Assembly (NCBI GenBank): GCA_036403745.1
Contig: DASWQI010000007.1
DNA length: 64,000 nucleotides
Reading direction: 5' to 3' (one strand)
DNA from: Allosphingosinicella sp.
GTDB lineage: Bacteria > Pseudomonadota > Alphaproteobacteria > Sphingomonadales > Sphingomonadaceae
A program made the translations under genes and the position numbers. This document shows, piece after piece, positions 62,653-64,000 of the stretch. Position 1 is the stretch's first letter, and each line of letters begins with the position of its first letter. The notes under the pieces are model-generated. The model was not told where the DNA came from. It was given only the letters and a program-made list of their open reading frames with translations, and did not search any database.

Positions 62653-63699
62653 ATGAAGACGCACTCGCAGGAGTCCGCGGCTGCCGCACTTGTGGCGGAC
62701 CCGGCGTGGTTCCCCTTCTCCCTGGATGCCGTGTCCGACGCGCTGCTCTTCGCGCGCCTGGAGGAAGAGGGGCTGCGGGCGGCGAGCTTCCTGGACCAGC
62801 GTGCGCTTGGTGCCACGAAGGAGCGGCGGCAGGTGGCGTGGGACGGGGCTGCCGCCGCCGTCGCCGGCGATGCGCGGCGCGACGTCCACTATATCTTCCA
62901 CATCGGCCATGTCGGATCGACGCTGATGTCGCGCCTGCTCGGCGAGAGCGCCTCGGTGCTGGCGCTGCGCGAGCCGCTGCTGCTGCGGACGTTCGCCGAG
63001 GCCATGGCTGCCGGCCGCTGGGGGGAGACGGAAATCCGCGACAGGCTTTCGATCCTGACGGCGCTCCTCTCCCGGACCTTCCGCAGCGACCAGCGCGCAC
63101 TCGTCAAGGCGACGAGCTTCACCAGCGAAATCGCAGACCGCCTTGTGCCGGCAGGCTCACGCGCGCTGTTCCTCCATGTCGGCGCGCGTACCTATATCGA
63201 AACGATCCTCGGCGGCGATGCGTCGCGGCAGGAGCTGGCGGTGCTGACGCCCGGGCGCGTGGCCCGGCTTGCCGGGAGGTGCCCGGGGTTGGTGCTGAAC
63301 CTCGACCGGCTGACCGAGGCGCAAAAGGCCATGGTCGGCTGGGCGTGTGAGATGACCTCTCTCAGCCGCAGCGCCGATGTGCTTGGTCCGGACCGGGTCT
63401 TGTGGGTGGACTTCGACGCTTTCCTCGCCGAGCCGGTCGGAACGCTGATGGAGGCCGCGGCCTTTCTCGGCCTCGGCATGGACGCAGCCGAGGCCGAACG
63501 CCTGGTCACCGGCCCGCTGATGCGGCGCTATTCGAAAGCGCTCGAATATGAATATAGTCCGGCGCTGCGGCGCGAGGTGCTCGGCGACGCGCGGCGGCGC
63601 TTCGGCGGGGACATCGAGGCGGCGCTTGCCGGGCTGGCGGCGTTGGGGCAGCGCTGGCCGGCGATCGGCGCGGCGATCGGGCGGAGCGGAGTGGGTTGA
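62653..63699 (+). CDS. hypothetical protein, weakly sulfotransferase-like
   Basis: Track ORF of 348 aa. HIGHVGSTLMSRLLGE resembles a PAPS 5'-phosphosulfate-binding loop; there is little else to go on. Confidence 0.5.
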   Translation: MKTHSQESAAAALVADPAWFPFSLDAVSDALLFARLEEEGLRAASFLDQRALGATKERRQVAWDGAAAAVAGDARRDVHYIFHIGHVGSTLMSRLLGESASVLALREPLLLRTFAEAMAAGRWGETEIRDRLSILTALLSRTFRSDQRALVKATSFTSEIADRLVPAGSRALFLHVGARTYIETILGGDASRQELAVLTPGRVARLAGRCPGLVLNLDRLTEAQKAMVGWACEMTSLSRSADVLGPDRVLWVDFDAFLAEPVGTLMEAAAFLGLGMDAAEAERLVTGPLMRRYSKALEYEYSPALRREVLGDARRRFGGDIEAALAGLAALGQRWPAIGAAIGRSGVG

Positions 63700-64000
63700 T
63701 GTTCAGGGAAATCGAGATCCTCGATGCGGCGGCCGTCGCGGAGCTGCAGCGGATTGCGGCGTCGGCGCCGTTCGTCGACGGGCGGATCAGCAACCCGCAC
63801 AACAATGCCAAGCAGAACCTCCAGCTCCACGATGCCGCTGCGGGGAAGCGCTCGGCCGACATCGTGCTCAAGGCGCTGACCGCCAGCGAGGATTTCCGCA
63901 ACTTCACCTTCCCGGCCAGCGTCGCGCCGCCGCTCCTCACCCGCTACACGCCGGGCATGCGCTACGGCGCCCATGCCGACGCGGCCTACCTCCAGCTGGC
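63699..64000 (+). CDS. Fe(II)/2OG-dependent PKHD-type hydroxylase (PiuC/YbiX-like); N-terminal part only, continues past the window end
   Basis: ATG at 63699 overlapping the previous stop (ATGA). MFREIEILDAAAVAELQRIAASAPFVDGRISNPHNNAKQNLQL resembles the YbiX/PiuC N-terminus. Confidence 0.55.
   Translation, partial: MFREIEILDAAAVAELQRIAASAPFVDGRISNPHNNAKQNLQLHDAAAGKRSADIVLKALTASEDFRNFTFPASVAPPLLTRYTPGMRYGAHADAAYLQL

Overview
This is a high-GC chromosomal segment, about two-thirds G+C by eye. The gene content looks alphaproteobacterial and probably sphingomonad; that is an inference from gene families, EcfG-type promoter motifs, an HWE-type kinase and a TonB receptor. Most of the window is housekeeping. 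In order: galE (partial), an M14 carboxypeptidase, gpmA, purE-purK, an M16 peptidase, clpB, an ArsR/SRPBCC/DoxX/SDR group, a glycosyltransferase-UDP-galactopyranose mutase fusion, nadE-cinA, acnA, ygfZ, pyrC, a two-domain cold-shock protein, terC, rnd-lptC-lptA-lptB-rpoN, three paralogous Crp/Fnr regulators, a GAF-HWE histidine kinase, and a TonB-dependent receptor surrounded by TPR-fused hydroxylases and sulfotransferases. No rRNA, tRNA, CRISPR array, transposase or integrase could be supported. The strongest candidate for something new is a conspicuously AT-richer ~2.6 kb insert (22.8-25.4 kb) upstream of acnA. It carries one 810-aa gene with a PD-(D/E)xK nuclease-like N-terminus, a NACHT/STAND NTPase core and an unassignable C-terminal domain. 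That architecture matches bacterial NLR-like anti-phage sensors, and an XRE regulator sits next to it. Secondary observations:
- an orphan DUF4157 (HExxH) toxin-like protein;
- six copies of a nested-palindrome REP-like element in three inverted pairs;
- four GGAAC-N17-CGTT-type (EcfG/general stress) promoter candidates;
- an islet of paralogous small proteins;
- Crp-paralog operators built on a perfect 22-bp palindrome;
- a vWA gene broken by four single-base frameshifts;
- a cold-shock protein with a ~110-aa RGG/Gly-rich N-terminus;
- a 775-bp apparently non-coding stretch with 4 x 33-bp degenerate repeats.
Many long ORFs in the supplied track are antisense artefacts of the high GC content and are rejected below. 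All family assignments come from motif recognition by eye, not from searches.
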